Part shown: positions 32,955 through 43,775 of the stretch, piece by piece
Numbering within the stretch: the first letter of the stretch is position 1
How the letters are laid out: every line of letters begins with the position of its first letter
NCBI GenBank assembly: GCA_963706575.1
Contig: CAVPNL010000012.1
Location: forward strand, 160,001-224,000
Origin: an uncultured delta proteobacterium
GTDB taxonomy: Bacteria > Desulfobacterota > Desulfobacteria > Desulfobacterales > JAHEIW01
Length of the DNA: 64,000 nucleotides
Direction: 5' to 3'
Notes under the pieces: generated by a model
The model's input: the letters and a program-made list of their open reading frames with translations, nothing else
Told to the model about the DNA's origin: nothing
The model's database searches: none
Translations under genes and position numbers: made by a program

Positions 32955-33551
32955 TTAAACCGGTAAATGACGGCTCCTTTGAAAATTTTGAACGAAACGG
33001 ATGAGGTCTGGAAAAAAGATTAAAAAATGGGCTTCCAGGCTCCCGTAATGAAGTTTAATTTCTTCGATTGCACCCAGCAGGCGATCGCCGTTCGTCACTC
33101 TTTTAGACAGGCGGCTCAGGGCCTTTTCAACTCCCATTAAATCCTGATAGGAACCCAGCCAATCTTCACGTATCATAACCGGAATCATGGTCGCCAGACG
33201 CGCCGGGAGCGCTGTCCTGTGGGCCATTAAAATATCATAAATGCGGGAGATAAATTGATCCAAGGCCACATCGCTAAACCCCGACCAGTGACGATATAAA
33301 AGATGATCGTAACAAAGGTCAACGATGATACCGGCAAAGCGTCGTCGAGCGGGACTGTAAAGATTGCGACTGGCGCGGGTCGTTGGGTGAGAATCAGTAT
33401 AGGCATCTATTTTGCGATGAAGCTCAATTCCCCTTTTGATCTTTAGCGGGTACCGATCTCCAATTGATCCTTTTACAAAATCGCCCATAATGCTTCCCAG
33501 CAAAGACTCAGTGGAATCTTCTGCCAGGTATAGATGTGCCAGATAATTCAT
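32955..33551 (-). CDS. acpH: ACP phosphodiesterase
   Basis: MNYLAHL, GDFVKG, HRKID.YTD.HP and DL.YDH motifs. Confidence 0.9.
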   Translation of the reverse strand: MNYLAHLYLAEDSTESLLGSIMGDFVKGSIGDRYPLKIKRGIELHRKIDAYTDSHPTTRASRNLYSPARRRFAGIIVDLCYDHLLYRHWSGFSDVALDQFISRIYDILMAHRTALPARLATMIPVMIREDWLGSYQDLMGVEKALSRLSKRVTNGDRLLGAIEEIKLHYGSLEAHFLIFFPDLIRFVQNFQRSRHLPV

Positions 33552-33637
33552 AAGGATCAAATTGACATGCGAAATTTGCGTGTTAATATAAGGACTATCT
33601 AAAAAGCGGGTTTTGATCAAGGGAAAGGATTTTTCAG

Positions 33638-34126
33638 ATGCGATGGTTGCACGCGAGCTTTCGAAAAAAGACGGCGATAGTCATCATCACGATTATGGTT
33701 CTGCCCATGCTTTGCGGAGCGGTGGATATTGAATTGCCGGGTCTTAATCTAAAATACGGCAAGCTGGAACGCAGCCGCGATGTCACCAAAACCTTTGAAA
33801 CACCCCGGGTTTTAGAAAACCATCAATACTATTCCAACGGCTGGGGATCCGTTCCGTATGCGATCATCGCCATTGATCGCAAATACAAACTGCGCCAAGG
33901 CTTGTGGAAAGCGGTTGAGGTTACCGTACCGCTTCTCAGAAGCTGGGTTCACCAGATGGATAGCATCTACGGATACCCGCCCTACGGGTTCCAAATTTTA
34001 GACCATAAGGGCAACCAGGTGGGGGTATGGTATTCAAGCAAGCAATGGACAACCATCGTTATCGAAGAAGGCAATCAGATTGCCGTCTTTGCGCCCGAAG
34101 TGCCGGGTTTTCGAGGAGGCAATTAA
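33638..34126 (+). CDS. conserved exported hypothetical protein
   Basis: Signal-like N-terminus; G..ILD..G..VG.WYS motif. Confidence 0.65.
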   Translation: MRWLHASFRKKTAIVIITIMVLPMLCGAVDIELPGLNLKYGKLERSRDVTKTFETPRVLENHQYYSNGWGSVPYAIIAIDRKYKLRQGLWKAVEVTVPLLRSWVHQMDSIYGYPPYGFQILDHKGNQVGVWYSSKQWTTIVIEEGNQIAVFAPEVPGFRGGN

Positions 34127-34169
34127 AGCGTTTCGATAGAACCCATTTCGAAAAGTCTATCACTCCCAA

Positions 34170-35150
34170 ATGGCTGTCGCAATGAAAGCCAGTCAATCAA
34201 AAACTGAAAAACGATATCGCTCTTTGCTTCAAAAGGCTGTTAGACGCGGTAATGTCGACTTGGTCCTCACCACCAGCGCCCTTCTTGAATCCCTCGGTTC
34301 TGCAGATAAAAATTGGTACCTCAATCAAACGGCCATCATTACCTTTGAAGAATGCTGGCCGCTGGGAACCGGATTAATTTTCAACAAAAAGTTCCACAGC
34401 AAAGTGGCGGCCTTAATCCGTGTGACCCGTGCCAGCAAGGCGCGGGATGCGACCGGGCTGGGATATTTAGCCTATGCATTGTCCCAGGGAGACACCAGCG
34501 TTCTGGATGACACCGCCGGCGATAAAGCCATTAAGATTGTGGCCAATGCCATCCGGCGGCCCGATGATTTCTGGCAGTGGGTCACCTGGCAAAAAACTGC
34601 TGCTGCTGAAAAAAATCTGATTGATAACGCCGTCCGATTCAAAAAGGTCGGCCTGCCGCATGATAACGCGGTTATTCAAGCAGCCGCTTATCTAGCGGTT
34701 ACCGGTCAATTATCCCGGATTGAAGCGGGCCAGCCGTCGGACCCAAAATTTTCCTACTGGATTGTCTTTGACAATCACACCCCTGAGGGCCGACGGGCGC
34801 TGCGGGACATTGCCCGGGACCTGCATATTTCTCTGGCGCAGCTGGAATGGACATATTTTTATTTTGAAGGCGCACTGGCAAATGGAGAGATTTCTTCAAA
34901 ATGGTGGGACCGGCACTGCCGCTGGCACTTTAAAAAAATAGAACTGCCCGCCAATGAAGCGCATCTGCTCTGGGATCCTGCCCGAGTCCAGTTGGAGGAG
35001 CGGCTGACGGCGGAAGGCCGCCAGTTAAAAAATGAGCTTTATCGCTGGAAATTGGCCAATCGAGAAGGCATTGAATCCCTAAAACGGCAGGTTCAATTGT
35101 ACCTGGATCATATGGAGGAGATCCAGCGGGACCAGGGGGGATTGTTTTAA
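34170..35150 (+). CDS. hypothetical protein
   Basis: 326-aa ORF with SLLQKAVRRG and D.HT..GR motifs. Confidence 0.75.
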   Translation: MAVAMKASQSKTEKRYRSLLQKAVRRGNVDLVLTTSALLESLGSADKNWYLNQTAIITFEECWPLGTGLIFNKKFHSKVAALIRVTRASKARDATGLGYLAYALSQGDTSVLDDTAGDKAIKIVANAIRRPDDFWQWVTWQKTAAAEKNLIDNAVRFKKVGLPHDNAVIQAAAYLAVTGQLSRIEAGQPSDPKFSYWIVFDNHTPEGRRALRDIARDLHISLAQLEWTYFYFEGALANGEISSKWWDRHCRWHFKKIELPANEAHLLWDPARVQLEERLTAEGRQLKNELYRWKLANREGIESLKRQVQLYLDHMEEIQRDQGGLF

Positions 35151-35226
35151 AAATGGCGCACGCCCTGCCGGCTTTCAGGCCAAAGGCCACCTTGACAATT
35201 CCCGATGCAAATGCCAAATTGGAAAA

Positions 35227-36093
35227 ATGAGCGCCAACGGTATCCAAATCCAGGAATTGCCCGATTTAAAAAATCCGCTGTTGATCGCCGGTTTCGACGG
35301 CTGGGGTAATGCGCTGAAAATATCCAGCGGCATGGCCGCCTATCTTATTCGCACTTTTAAAGCGCAACGATTCGCCGAACTCGATCCCGATGTATTTTTC
35401 CGCTATGATGAAAAACGGCCGGTGGTCCATATAGAAGACGGGAGGTTTAAAAGCCTTTCATCACCGGGAGGTACTTTCTATGCTGCACAGACAGCACCTG
35501 ACGGGCGCGACCTGGTAATTCTGAAAGCCGACGAGCCCAACCTGAGATGGTTTGGTTTTGTTGACGAATTATTGAATCTTTGCAGCCGACTCCACATTGA
35601 AACCATTATCACATTGGGCAGTATGTACGATCATGTCCTGCACACGGACCGAATCTTATCAGGGACCGCCTCCAATGCGGAGCTGTCTTCGATGTTGAAG
35701 CAAAAGGGTGTGAATTCAATTTCCTACCAGGGCCCCAGTGCCATTCACTCCACCATCCATTCAGAGGCCCTGAAAAGAGATATTGCCGGCATCAGCCTGT
35801 GGTGCCATTGCCCCTATTATCTTCAGGGTACCACCCACTTTGGGATTTTAGCCCATCTGGGGGAAATGCTGGCGGCTATCGGAGGCTTTGAGTTGAACAT
35901 CGAAGGTCTGGAAGCCAGCTGGCAAAAACTGAATATCCAGATTGAAAACCTGATTGAAAATAATACCGAACTTCAAGCGGTGATCAATGAATTGCGCAAA
36001 GCAAAGGTGCGAGGGGCAGCCGCCAAAATGACGGGTGCCATCAAATCCGACGAAAAAATTATTAATATTCAGGACTTCTTGCAGCCCAAATAA
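35227..36093 (+). CDS. PAC2 family (proteasome assembly chaperone-like) protein
   Basis: LIAGFDGWGNA, EPNLRW and PYYLQG motifs. Confidence 0.88.
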   Translation: MSANGIQIQELPDLKNPLLIAGFDGWGNALKISSGMAAYLIRTFKAQRFAELDPDVFFRYDEKRPVVHIEDGRFKSLSSPGGTFYAAQTAPDGRDLVILKADEPNLRWFGFVDELLNLCSRLHIETIITLGSMYDHVLHTDRILSGTASNAELSSMLKQKGVNSISYQGPSAIHSTIHSEALKRDIAGISLWCHCPYYLQGTTHFGILAHLGEMLAAIGGFELNIEGLEASWQKLNIQIENLIENNTELQAVINELRKAKVRGAAAKMTGAIKSDEKIINIQDFLQPK

Positions 36094-36203
36094 ATCCCCT
36101 CAAAATCTAAATTCCAAGCCCAAATCTCTGCCTCAAAACGTCCAATTTTAGTGAAGATTCCCAGATTCAAAGGTTCAGCGGTTGGGTATCGGCAGAAAAT
36201 TGC

Positions 36204-36288
36204 TCACCGCAGAGACGCAGAGTACGCAGAGATTATTATTTTTTAGCTTTGAGGGAATTTCTCTGCGCCCACTGCGTCTCTGCGGTGA
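36204..36288. repeat. CGCAGAG nonamer-array palindrome (REP-like)
   Basis: TCACCGCAGAGACGCAG / CTGCGTCTCTGCGGTGA. A second copy lies at 37267-37343. Confidence 0.8.
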
Positions 36289-36368
36289 AAGGCTTTTAGA
36301 ACCTCACTATATATAAGGTGGATCATCAGAATGCTGAAACAACTAAACCCTGAACTCATGAACTTCCA

Positions 36369-37016
36369 CTAAAAGAGGCCATGCCTCCCGCGAAATGCGG
36401 CCACCCGTGAGCGGTGAGTTGGATATCGCCCGCCAGTTAGGTAGTAATGACTTCTGACACCCTGATTTCGTTGGTAGCGGTTATGAAGGGGATGTTTAGC
36501 AGGGTGTTGCTTAGGGTGTATTTTTCGATATCGGTTGCCGTCGAAACGCTTGTGACCCTTTTTATGGTGGTGGGATCCGTACCCGTAATAGGGATAATAA
36601 TAACCATATCCGTAACTGCTGGAAGAACTGTAGTCAGCGTTTTCAGATGCGGCCTGCGCATCCTGCAGAATCCGGTCCGCTTCCCGCAGCGCCTCATCAG
36701 CCCTGGCATTGGCTGCTGCAATCCGCCGCTCGGCCGCCAGTTGCTGCTCCAGTATAAAGGCTTCCCTTTCGGCCAGCTCCTGTCTGGCAACCGCCAGGCG
36801 GTCTATCTCGCGGCGCTGGTTATCGGCTTCTTCATCATAAGGGATTTCAGGCGTTTTCATGAAAAGGGTTGCCTGTTTCGGGGGTGCATGATTGGTAAAA
36901 TATTTAACACCGTTTTCATCCGTCCAGGCGTAAATATCTGCGCCGGCGGTCGAAACCCCAAGACCGGCAAACCCCAAGAGCGCCAGTATCAGCACCCGTA
37001 TGTTCAAGCGTTTCAT
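36369..37016 (-). CDS. DUF4124 domain protein with coiled coil and His/Arg/Tyr-rich tail
   Basis: Signal peptide, ADIYAWTDENGVKYFTN. Confidence 0.8.
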   Translation of the reverse strand: MKRLNIRVLILALLGFAGLGVSTAGADIYAWTDENGVKYFTNHAPPKQATLFMKTPEIPYDEEADNQRREIDRLAVARQELAEREAFILEQQLAAERRIAAANARADEALREADRILQDAQAASENADYSSSSSYGYGYYYPYYGYGSHHHKKGHKRFDGNRYRKIHPKQHPAKHPLHNRYQRNQGVRSHYYLTGGRYPTHRSRVAAFRGRHGLF

Positions 37017-37266
37017 TGGTGCCTCCTCTCGAAATCCTTTCGGAAATCCTATTTTTGAGATGGACTCTATTAATATAACCATGGTTTTCTCACTGTAAAT
37101 GAAAAGACATGGATACAGCCCTTTAGCGGGGCCAGTCTTGTTTGTACCTATAGACGCATCAAACGTCAACCCGGTCGACATATTTTGGTGCGGATCAAAG
37201 TGCCCAAAGCTAAGGAATTCTGCCCGTCGAGAGCCTCAGGGTCGAACGACCATTTTTATTATGGAT

Positions 37267-37343
37267 TCACCGCAGAGACGCAGAGGGCGCAGAGAGAAAG
37301 TTTCTTTATAAAAAACTCTGCGCCCTCTGCGTCTCTGCGGTGA
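37267..37343. repeat. CGCAGAG nonamer-array palindrome (REP-like)
   Basis: Long inverted repeat just downstream of the acyl-CoA dehydrogenase stop. Confidence 0.8.
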
Positions 37344-37360
37344 GCGAAGTCAAGACAGCT

Positions 37361-39043
37361 CTAGTTGGCTTCGGCAGAGACACCGGATTCCAGCTCACTG
37401 AGGATCTCGGAGGTGATTTTCTGGTGAAGCCGTTCCTGGCGGGTGGAGAACACGGCCTGATTCAGCTTGCGTGTCTGACGGGCTTCTTCAAGGAAATAGG
37501 CCAAAATGTTAAGCTCGGCATTGATGGAACGCCCGGATTTACGGGCAGCTTCAAGTTTGGCCAGCACAGCGATGATTCCGTATGCATAAAGGCTTAAGGT
37601 GGTGATCCGTCTCAAAAAAAATTCCTTGCGGGTGATCGATTCGCCGTAAATTAAATATCCGATCAGGATCATCAGGCGCATGCGGCGCGCGCTCGCTTTG
37701 GCAAACCGCAGGGCACGATTCATCATTGTTGCATCAAATGTAATTGGCCAGCGGGTGCGGCGAAACATCTTTTTAACAAGTGCAAAAAACTGAGACAGTC
37801 GACCGGATGCTTCAGCCTGCAAACGTTTGTTTAAGGTCCGTAAGACGAACAGGGCCGGATAGATCGAGTGAATTTCAGTCGTACCTTCAAAAATAGTGGT
37901 GACCCGAAAATCCCGCATGCGTTTTTCATAGGGCTGGGTCGTTAGATAGCCTGCCCCCCCTGCGACCTGCAAGGCATCGTAAATCGTATCCCAGGCACGG
38001 GTGGTGCCAAATAACTTGCAATGCGAACTTTCAATTGCCACGGTCGCAGTGGGGTTGCTTTCGAGCATCCCGGCAGTAAAGGTTGTCATCGCCGAGGCCA
38101 CATACCCGTGAACCCTGGCTTTAACCATTTTTTCCTGGATGAGCTCAAATTGATTGATGGGAACCCCGAATTGAGTCCGGCTGGCAGCCCGATCGGACAT
38201 ATCCAACAACGACTGTTTCATCATCCCGGCCGAGGCGGCGCCCAGCGCCATTCTCCCGTAATTTAAAACGACCATGGCGATCTTAAACCCGTCACCGGGT
38301 TGGCCTAAGAGATTCTCTTTGGGAACTTTTACATCTTGAAATTGAATGGCGGCTGTAGAACTCGCCTTCAGGCCCATCTTTGGCATATCCTTACCGATTT
38401 TCACGCCATCCCATGCCGTTTCCACAATGAATGCCCCCATGAATCCGGGGTTATCCGCATCCAGCTGCGCAAATACAGTCAAGCCTCCGGCATAATTGGC
38501 ATTGGTAATATAGGTCTTGGTCCCATTTAAGATGAAATGGTTGCCGTCTTCTGAAACCGCGGCAACGGTCTGGATATTCCGGGCATCTGACCCGGTCTGC
38601 GGTTCTGTCAGCGCGTAGGAAAAAATCATTTCACCCGAGGCCGCCGGCACCAGATATTTGCGTTTCTGCTCCTTATTGCCAAACAGCACAATCCCCTTTA
38701 TACCGATGGAGAGGTGGGCCAGCGCAAGAATTCCCAGTGACATATTTTGGCTGGCCAGGGTTTCAACGATATGAAGATATTGCCTCAGGCTCAGCCCGAC
38801 CCCGCCGTATTCCCGGGGAATGGTGAGGCCGAAAAAATCATTGCGCCCGAGTTTTTCCATCAAATCAGCAGGCACCATCCCTTGTTCTTCTAAAAAAGAG
38901 GCGGGATATTCCGAATTGACTTCAAGGTATTTTTGAATGATCCCCCGGATCGTCTCATTGGTTTCAAATTCCCGGAAGCTATTAAACCGATCGGTATCAA
39001 GCGAGTCAAAATAAGTGTTTATCAAAAAGTTTTCATAAGACAT
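37361..39043 (-). CDS. acyl-CoA dehydrogenase (VLCAD/ACAD9-like)
   Basis: ALTEPQTGSDA, NGTKTYITN, RTQFG and IFEGTTEI motifs, with a C-terminal extension. Confidence 0.93.
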   Translation of the reverse strand: MSYENFLINTYFDSLDTDRFNSFREFETNETIRGIIQKYLEVNSEYPASFLEEQGMVPADLMEKLGRNDFFGLTIPREYGGVGLSLRQYLHIVETLASQNMSLGILALAHLSIGIKGIVLFGNKEQKRKYLVPAASGEMIFSYALTEPQTGSDARNIQTVAAVSEDGNHFILNGTKTYITNANYAGGLTVFAQLDADNPGFMGAFIVETAWDGVKIGKDMPKMGLKASSTAAIQFQDVKVPKENLLGQPGDGFKIAMVVLNYGRMALGAASAGMMKQSLLDMSDRAASRTQFGVPINQFELIQEKMVKARVHGYVASAMTTFTAGMLESNPTATVAIESSHCKLFGTTRAWDTIYDALQVAGGAGYLTTQPYEKRMRDFRVTTIFEGTTEIHSIYPALFVLRTLNKRLQAEASGRLSQFFALVKKMFRRTRWPITFDATMMNRALRFAKASARRMRLMILIGYLIYGESITRKEFFLRRITTLSLYAYGIIAVLAKLEAARKSGRSINAELNILAYFLEEARQTRKLNQAVFSTRQERLHQKITSEILSELESGVSAEAN

Positions 39044-39326
39044 TTTTTAACTCCTTTGCTTCGGCAAACACCGCCGATATTGAACCGCAGCAAAATTGCA
39101 TTTCGTCACCAATTATACAGTAATCATTACAAATTTTCGGTCAACTGAGCAACAGATCAACTGCCTTCAGAGCGCTGGCCAGGATACCGAACAACCCAAA
39201 AAAGCGTTTATTCTGTTAAGTGGCTTGTAAATTATTAAAAATTTTAGGATGATTGGACACCCTGGGTTCGAGAATGAACACCATATGCTTCAAGATAATA
39301 ATCAAAAAACAGAATGGACTGACAAA

Positions 39327-39638
39327 ATGAAAATAAAAGTGGAGAGTGAAAAAATCATCAAAGCGGTAAAAAAATTCGAGGGTATTGAGATTGTATTGGA
39401 AAACCTCAATGACGCCAAGGAAGCGATTCAACTGATCTTACATCGTAGCGGCTTATTTGAGAGACAAAAAGCGGATAAGTTTAAAGATGTAGCGGTCACC
39501 TCTTTTCAAAAATATGAAACCACCGCCGTCGATTACAAGATGATTTTTTTACTTGAATTTATCTTTGAGACGGATGTTTCCCTGGATGAAAAAGTCTCAA
39601 TTATCAAGGAACTTCAGGATTTCTTTAATAAAGTCTGA
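39327..39638 (+). CDS. hypothetical protein
   Basis: Protein-like ORF; start uncertain (39249 or 39327). Confidence 0.6.
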   Translation: MKIKVESEKIIKAVKKFEGIEIVLENLNDAKEAIQLILHRSGLFERQKADKFKDVAVTSFQKYETTAVDYKMIFLLEFIFETDVSLDEKVSIIKELQDFFNKV

Positions 39639-39711
39639 ACCGTTAGGCGCCCCATTTACGGGATTCAAACATTGAACCGGTTTAATTTCCTTTTGAAAGG
39701 AGATTATTCTG

Positions 39712-40317
39712 ATGGCGAAAAACAAAGGCCATTTGGAAGTAAAACGCTTTGTATCGGATCGGGGCAAAAACCAGTACCTGCTGATCAGCGGCAATGAGGC
39801 CGCGGTCATCGACGTATCCGATGCGTCCGACGAGGTCGGCAAGCTCATCGATGAAAGGGGCCTTACTCTGAAATATGTGCTGATCTCCCATGCCCATCCA
39901 TCTCACGTAGCAGCACTGCCCCGGCTGAAAGAAAAATTCGGCGCAGCCTTCTGCCTGCATGAATACGAATACCAGCATCTCAAAGAAACGGATGTTGCCA
40001 CGGAGCCGGATCAGATTCTGCAGGATAATAATATCCTGCAGCTGGGAGACATTGAAATAAAAATTTTGCTCACAGCCGGACACACAAAAGGTTCTGTTTG
40101 TTTTTGGGCCAAGGCGGCCAAGGCCCTTTTTAGCGGCAGCACGCTTTTAAAAAAAGGCTATGGTCGGATTTGGGGACCCAGCAGCATGTCCCTGATGCAT
40201 TTCAGCATGAAGCGCCTCGGTTCCACAATTCCGGCTGACACCACGATTTATACCGGCAGCGGCGAACTGACCAAAATGGCAAACGAAGGCTGGATTCACT
40301 GTATGCGCAGCGCGTAG
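39712..40317 (+). CDS. glyoxalase II-like MBL-fold protein with degenerate metal site
   Basis: SHAHPSH, TAGHTKGS, FSGSTL and YTGSG motifs. Confidence 0.85.
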   Translation: MAKNKGHLEVKRFVSDRGKNQYLLISGNEAAVIDVSDASDEVGKLIDERGLTLKYVLISHAHPSHVAALPRLKEKFGAAFCLHEYEYQHLKETDVATEPDQILQDNNILQLGDIEIKILLTAGHTKGSVCFWAKAAKALFSGSTLLKKGYGRIWGPSSMSLMHFSMKRLGSTIPADTTIYTGSGELTKMANEGWIHCMRSA

Positions 40318-40421
40318 CCAGTTGCGTCCACCGAAAGCGGATTAACGTGAAGATACCCCGGTCAACAGACGCTCAACGGGGGTAAACCAATATTGCCCAA
40401 AGCACATTCTGGGTCTTGGGT

Positions 40422-41300
40422 CTAGCGTCCATTGGTCTGAGAAATGATATTCCAGGCGTCTTCAGCGGTTTCAACAAATTGAAAAAGGTCCAAATCTTTG
40501 GCTGAAATCGTTCCCTCCTCTACCAGGGCGTCAAAGTTAATCACCCGCTCCCAGAATTCTCTGCCGAACAGCAGAATCGGTATCGCATTGACTTTTTGGG
40601 TCTGAACCAGGGTCAGCGTCTCAAAAAGCTCATCCAGGGTACCGTATCCCCCCGGAAATGCCACCAGCGCTTTGGCGCGCATCAACAAATGCATTTTGCG
40701 TACCGCAAAATAATGAAATTGAAAGGTTAACTCCGGGGTAATATACGGATTGGGAGCCTGTTCAAAGGGCAGCACAATGTTCATGCCGATGCTGGGGATG
40801 CCGGCTTCATGAGCGCCCCGGTTGGCAGCCTCCATAATGCCAGGGCCCCCGCCGGTAATCACGACCAGCATGTCTTTGCCGGTGTTGCTGGAAATGAGGC
40901 CGCCGAGTTTGCGGGCTTCTTCATAATATTTGCTGTTGGCCAGGGCCCGCCGGGCAATACTGACTTTTTGTTTAAGGGCGTCGTCGTTTTTGTTTTTGCG
41001 ATATTCGGCTTCGGCCGAAACGAGTCGGGCTTCAGCTGTTTGCGGCTCCGGAATGCGGGCGCTTCCAAAAATAACCACTGTGGATTCAATATGGTTTTCC
41101 TGCAAAATCAGCTCGGGTTTGAGCAACTCGAGCTGCAATCTTACCGGACGCAACTCATCCCGCAAAATAAATTCTTCATCCTGATATGCCAGCCGGTAAG
41201 AGGACGAGCGGGTGTGGGGAGAATCAACGTGCAGATGGGCCGATTGGGCATCGTCGAGAGCCGAGATGAAAAACTTTTTTTTGGGTTTCTTGGAAGACAT
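40422..41300 (-). CDS. LOG family (TIGR00730-type Rossmann fold) protein
   Basis: TGGGPGIMEAANRGA and PGGYGTLDE motifs. Confidence 0.92.
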   Translation of the reverse strand: MSSKKPKKKFFISALDDAQSAHLHVDSPHTRSSSYRLAYQDEEFILRDELRPVRLQLELLKPELILQENHIESTVVIFGSARIPEPQTAEARLVSAEAEYRKNKNDDALKQKVSIARRALANSKYYEEARKLGGLISSNTGKDMLVVITGGGPGIMEAANRGAHEAGIPSIGMNIVLPFEQAPNPYITPELTFQFHYFAVRKMHLLMRAKALVAFPGGYGTLDELFETLTLVQTQKVNAIPILLFGREFWERVINFDALVEEGTISAKDLDLFQFVETAEDAWNIISQTNGR

Positions 41301-41606
41301 GGATCACACTCCTTATTGTCGGTTTTTCTATCGATTTGCGAAACGTGCACAGGCCTTGGATCACAGAGAAAAATTCCGGATTATCTAATAAATCTATCAG
41401 GGGCCTCTGCGTCTAGCAAGCCTTTTACCTAAGTTGAGCGTTTCAAATCTTTAAAAAATGGGGTGAACTATTTTCTGAGGCAGGCGGGTCTGTGGCAAAA
41501 AAAATGCGCCTCACGAAAAGTCGCAAAGGCGCAAAGGTGCCAATAACTATTTAAATTTTTAACAGAAAGTTAAAACGGGTGAAAATCAAGCAAATTAGAT
41601 ACTCGC

Positions 41607-41960
41607 CTACCCAACTGTATCCAGCAATGAACCCAGCATTTCATCCTGGGTTTCAATGGTTTTCAGGTTTGCCTGGTAGGCTCGTTTGGTGACCATAAGA
41701 TTTGGAATCTCCTCCGTCAGATCCACATTGGAAGTCTCCTTTTCAACCGTTTTACCATTTTCGGTCACATCATATCGAAGGCCCGGGCTATCATCCCTTC
41801 TGATTTCGACCCGAACACCTCCATTCTGGTCTGTTTGAAATGTTGCCCGGTTTTTCTTGAAGCCATCCGTGTTGACATTGGCAATATTGTCGGCGGTAAC
41901 CCCCAGCTTCGTAACAAAAGCCCTCAAAGCAGATACCGTGCCGTTTAACGCTGAAATCAT
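41607..41960 (-). CDS. orphan flagellar basal-body rod (FlgC-like) protein
   Basis: ADNIANVNTDGFK, SNVDLTEE and AYQANLK motifs. Confidence 0.88.
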   Translation of the reverse strand: MISALNGTVSALRAFVTKLGVTADNIANVNTDGFKKNRATFQTDQNGGVRVEIRRDDSPGLRYDVTENGKTVEKETSNVDLTEEIPNLMVTKRAYQANLKTIETQDEMLGSLLDTVG

Positions 41961-42000
41961 TTTGCCCCCCGATAAGCGCTCTTATGCACTGCCGTTCTTC

Positions 42001-42119
42001 AAGAAGCCATCCCAAGCTGGAAAAACTGGGCTCCGCCGCGCCTGCCTCGGCGTAGCCACGCTTTTCGCGTGGCGAAGACGGGATCTTGAACCAAAATCCT
42101 ATTTTTGAGATGGCTTCTA
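42001..42119. mobile_element. MITE-like element of the 23805 family with internal GC hairpin
   Basis: 42082-42119 is the reverse complement of 23805-23842. Confidence 0.7.
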
Positions 42120-42252
42120 ATAAAAAACTTCCCAAAATGCCGTTATTCTAACCGGAACATACTCCATCATGTATAGTTGTGAGAGCCCGAATAAGAAGAT
42201 GCACGTGCATCTGAGAAGTTTTAAATGTTTAATTCACTTTGCTGGTCATTGT

Positions 42253-42268
42253 TACAATATCTATGCCA
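42253..42268 (-). promoter_or_regulatory. sigma54-like promoter upstream of the FlgC-like gene
   Basis: Minus strand TGGCAT-AGATA-TTGTA. A palindromic AAAATGACA...TGTCATTTT near 42341-42363 is a possible activator site. Confidence 0.45.
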
Positions 42269-42469
42269 ATACGCCTTTATCAATTAATATATATTAATAT
42301 CAAATACTTATACACTTTACAAAAACATGAAAAGTCTGCAAAATGACAAAATGTGTCATTTTTTTTGCCCTAAAATGTCAATTTAAGCAGTTTGAATTTC
42401 AGCCGGGAAGGTGGTAAGAAGCTTGAACCTATCTCAAAAATAGGAGATGGGTTCTTGATGTTGTGTCCA

Positions 42470-43639
42470 ATGGAACAGCAAAAAATGAGATTTCAATTTT
42501 CCACGGCCAATCAAATCTTTTTTGGTTCCGGTACCGTCAACCGTGTTGCCCCGCTGGCGGCTGAGAGGGGAAGCCGGCCCCTGGTGTTGACCGGTGGCAA
42601 CCCAGAAAGGGCGTCCAAGTTGATGGATGCCCTGATGACGGCGGGGATGAATATTACCGGGTACCCGATAACCACAGAACCCACCGTCGATACGGCCCTT
42701 GAGGCGGTGCACAGCGCCCGCCGCGCTGAATGTGACCTGGTCATCGGTATCGGCGGCGGCAGTGTGATTGACACGGGAAAAGTCGTTGCCGCCTTAATCA
42801 CCAATAGCGGCCGACTGGCGGATTACCTGGAGGTTATTGGCAAGGCCCGGCCACTTTTACATCCGTCTGCCCCGTACATCGCCATACCGACCACGGCCGG
42901 AACCGGATCAGAAGTGACCCGCAATGCCGTGCTGGGTTCACCACAGCACCGGGTCAAAGTCAGCATGCGCAGTCCGTTCATGCTGCCGGATCTGGCGGTG
43001 ATTGATCCCGATTTGACGCTTTCTTTACCGTCCGCAATCACGGCTGTAACCGGCCTGGATGCCTTCACCCAGCTCATGGAAGCATTTGTCTCCAATCAGT
43101 CCAATGCCCTAACCGACGGAATCTGCCGTGAAGGGCTGCAGCGCGTTGCCCATTCGCTGCAACGGGCCTATGCGGATGGAAGCGACCGCAGGGCCCGCGA
43201 AAATATGTGCCTGGCCAGTCTTTTTAGCGGAATGGCCCTGGCCAACGCAAAACTGGGAGCGGTCCACGGCATTGCCGGTCCACTGGGCGGTATGATTTCC
43301 GGCGCCCACGGGGCCATCTGCGCGGCATTGCTGCCCGATGTCATGGACACCAATATTAAGGCCCTGCGCAAACGCGCAGCGGATTCACCGTTGCTGGCGC
43401 GCTACAATGAACTCGCACACATTCTGACCCGACGCACTAAAGCCCGGGCTGAAGACGGCATATCGTGGGTAAGGGATCTATGTCAGACGCTTCAGGTCAA
43501 ATCACTGGCGCAATTAGGTCTGAGCAGCGCCGATTTTACGGACGTGGTGGCCAAGTCTCTGAAAGCCAGCAGCATGCAGGGCAATCCAATTCGCTTAACC
43601 GAAGAAGAATTACTGGAAATTCTGCAAATGGCCCTTTAG
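42470..43639 (+). CDS. iron-containing alcohol dehydrogenase
   Basis: GGGSVID, PTTAGTGSE, GAVHG and HGAIC motifs. Confidence 0.93.
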   Translation: MEQQKMRFQFSTANQIFFGSGTVNRVAPLAAERGSRPLVLTGGNPERASKLMDALMTAGMNITGYPITTEPTVDTALEAVHSARRAECDLVIGIGGGSVIDTGKVVAALITNSGRLADYLEVIGKARPLLHPSAPYIAIPTTAGTGSEVTRNAVLGSPQHRVKVSMRSPFMLPDLAVIDPDLTLSLPSAITAVTGLDAFTQLMEAFVSNQSNALTDGICREGLQRVAHSLQRAYADGSDRRARENMCLASLFSGMALANAKLGAVHGIAGPLGGMISGAHGAICAALLPDVMDTNIKALRKRAADSPLLARYNELAHILTRRTKARAEDGISWVRDLCQTLQVKSLAQLGLSSADFTDVVAKSLKASSMQGNPIRLTEEELLEILQMAL

Positions 43640-43775
43640 CACAACTGCAGAAACAGCCGGATGGCGGCAGAAATTGCCGGAGGCCAAACGCTTAAAGCGG
43701 TAACTTGAAGGCGGGAATTTGCCGGATTTTTGCCTTTACACCGTAAAATTTTATCGACACCAGGCGATAACCGGT

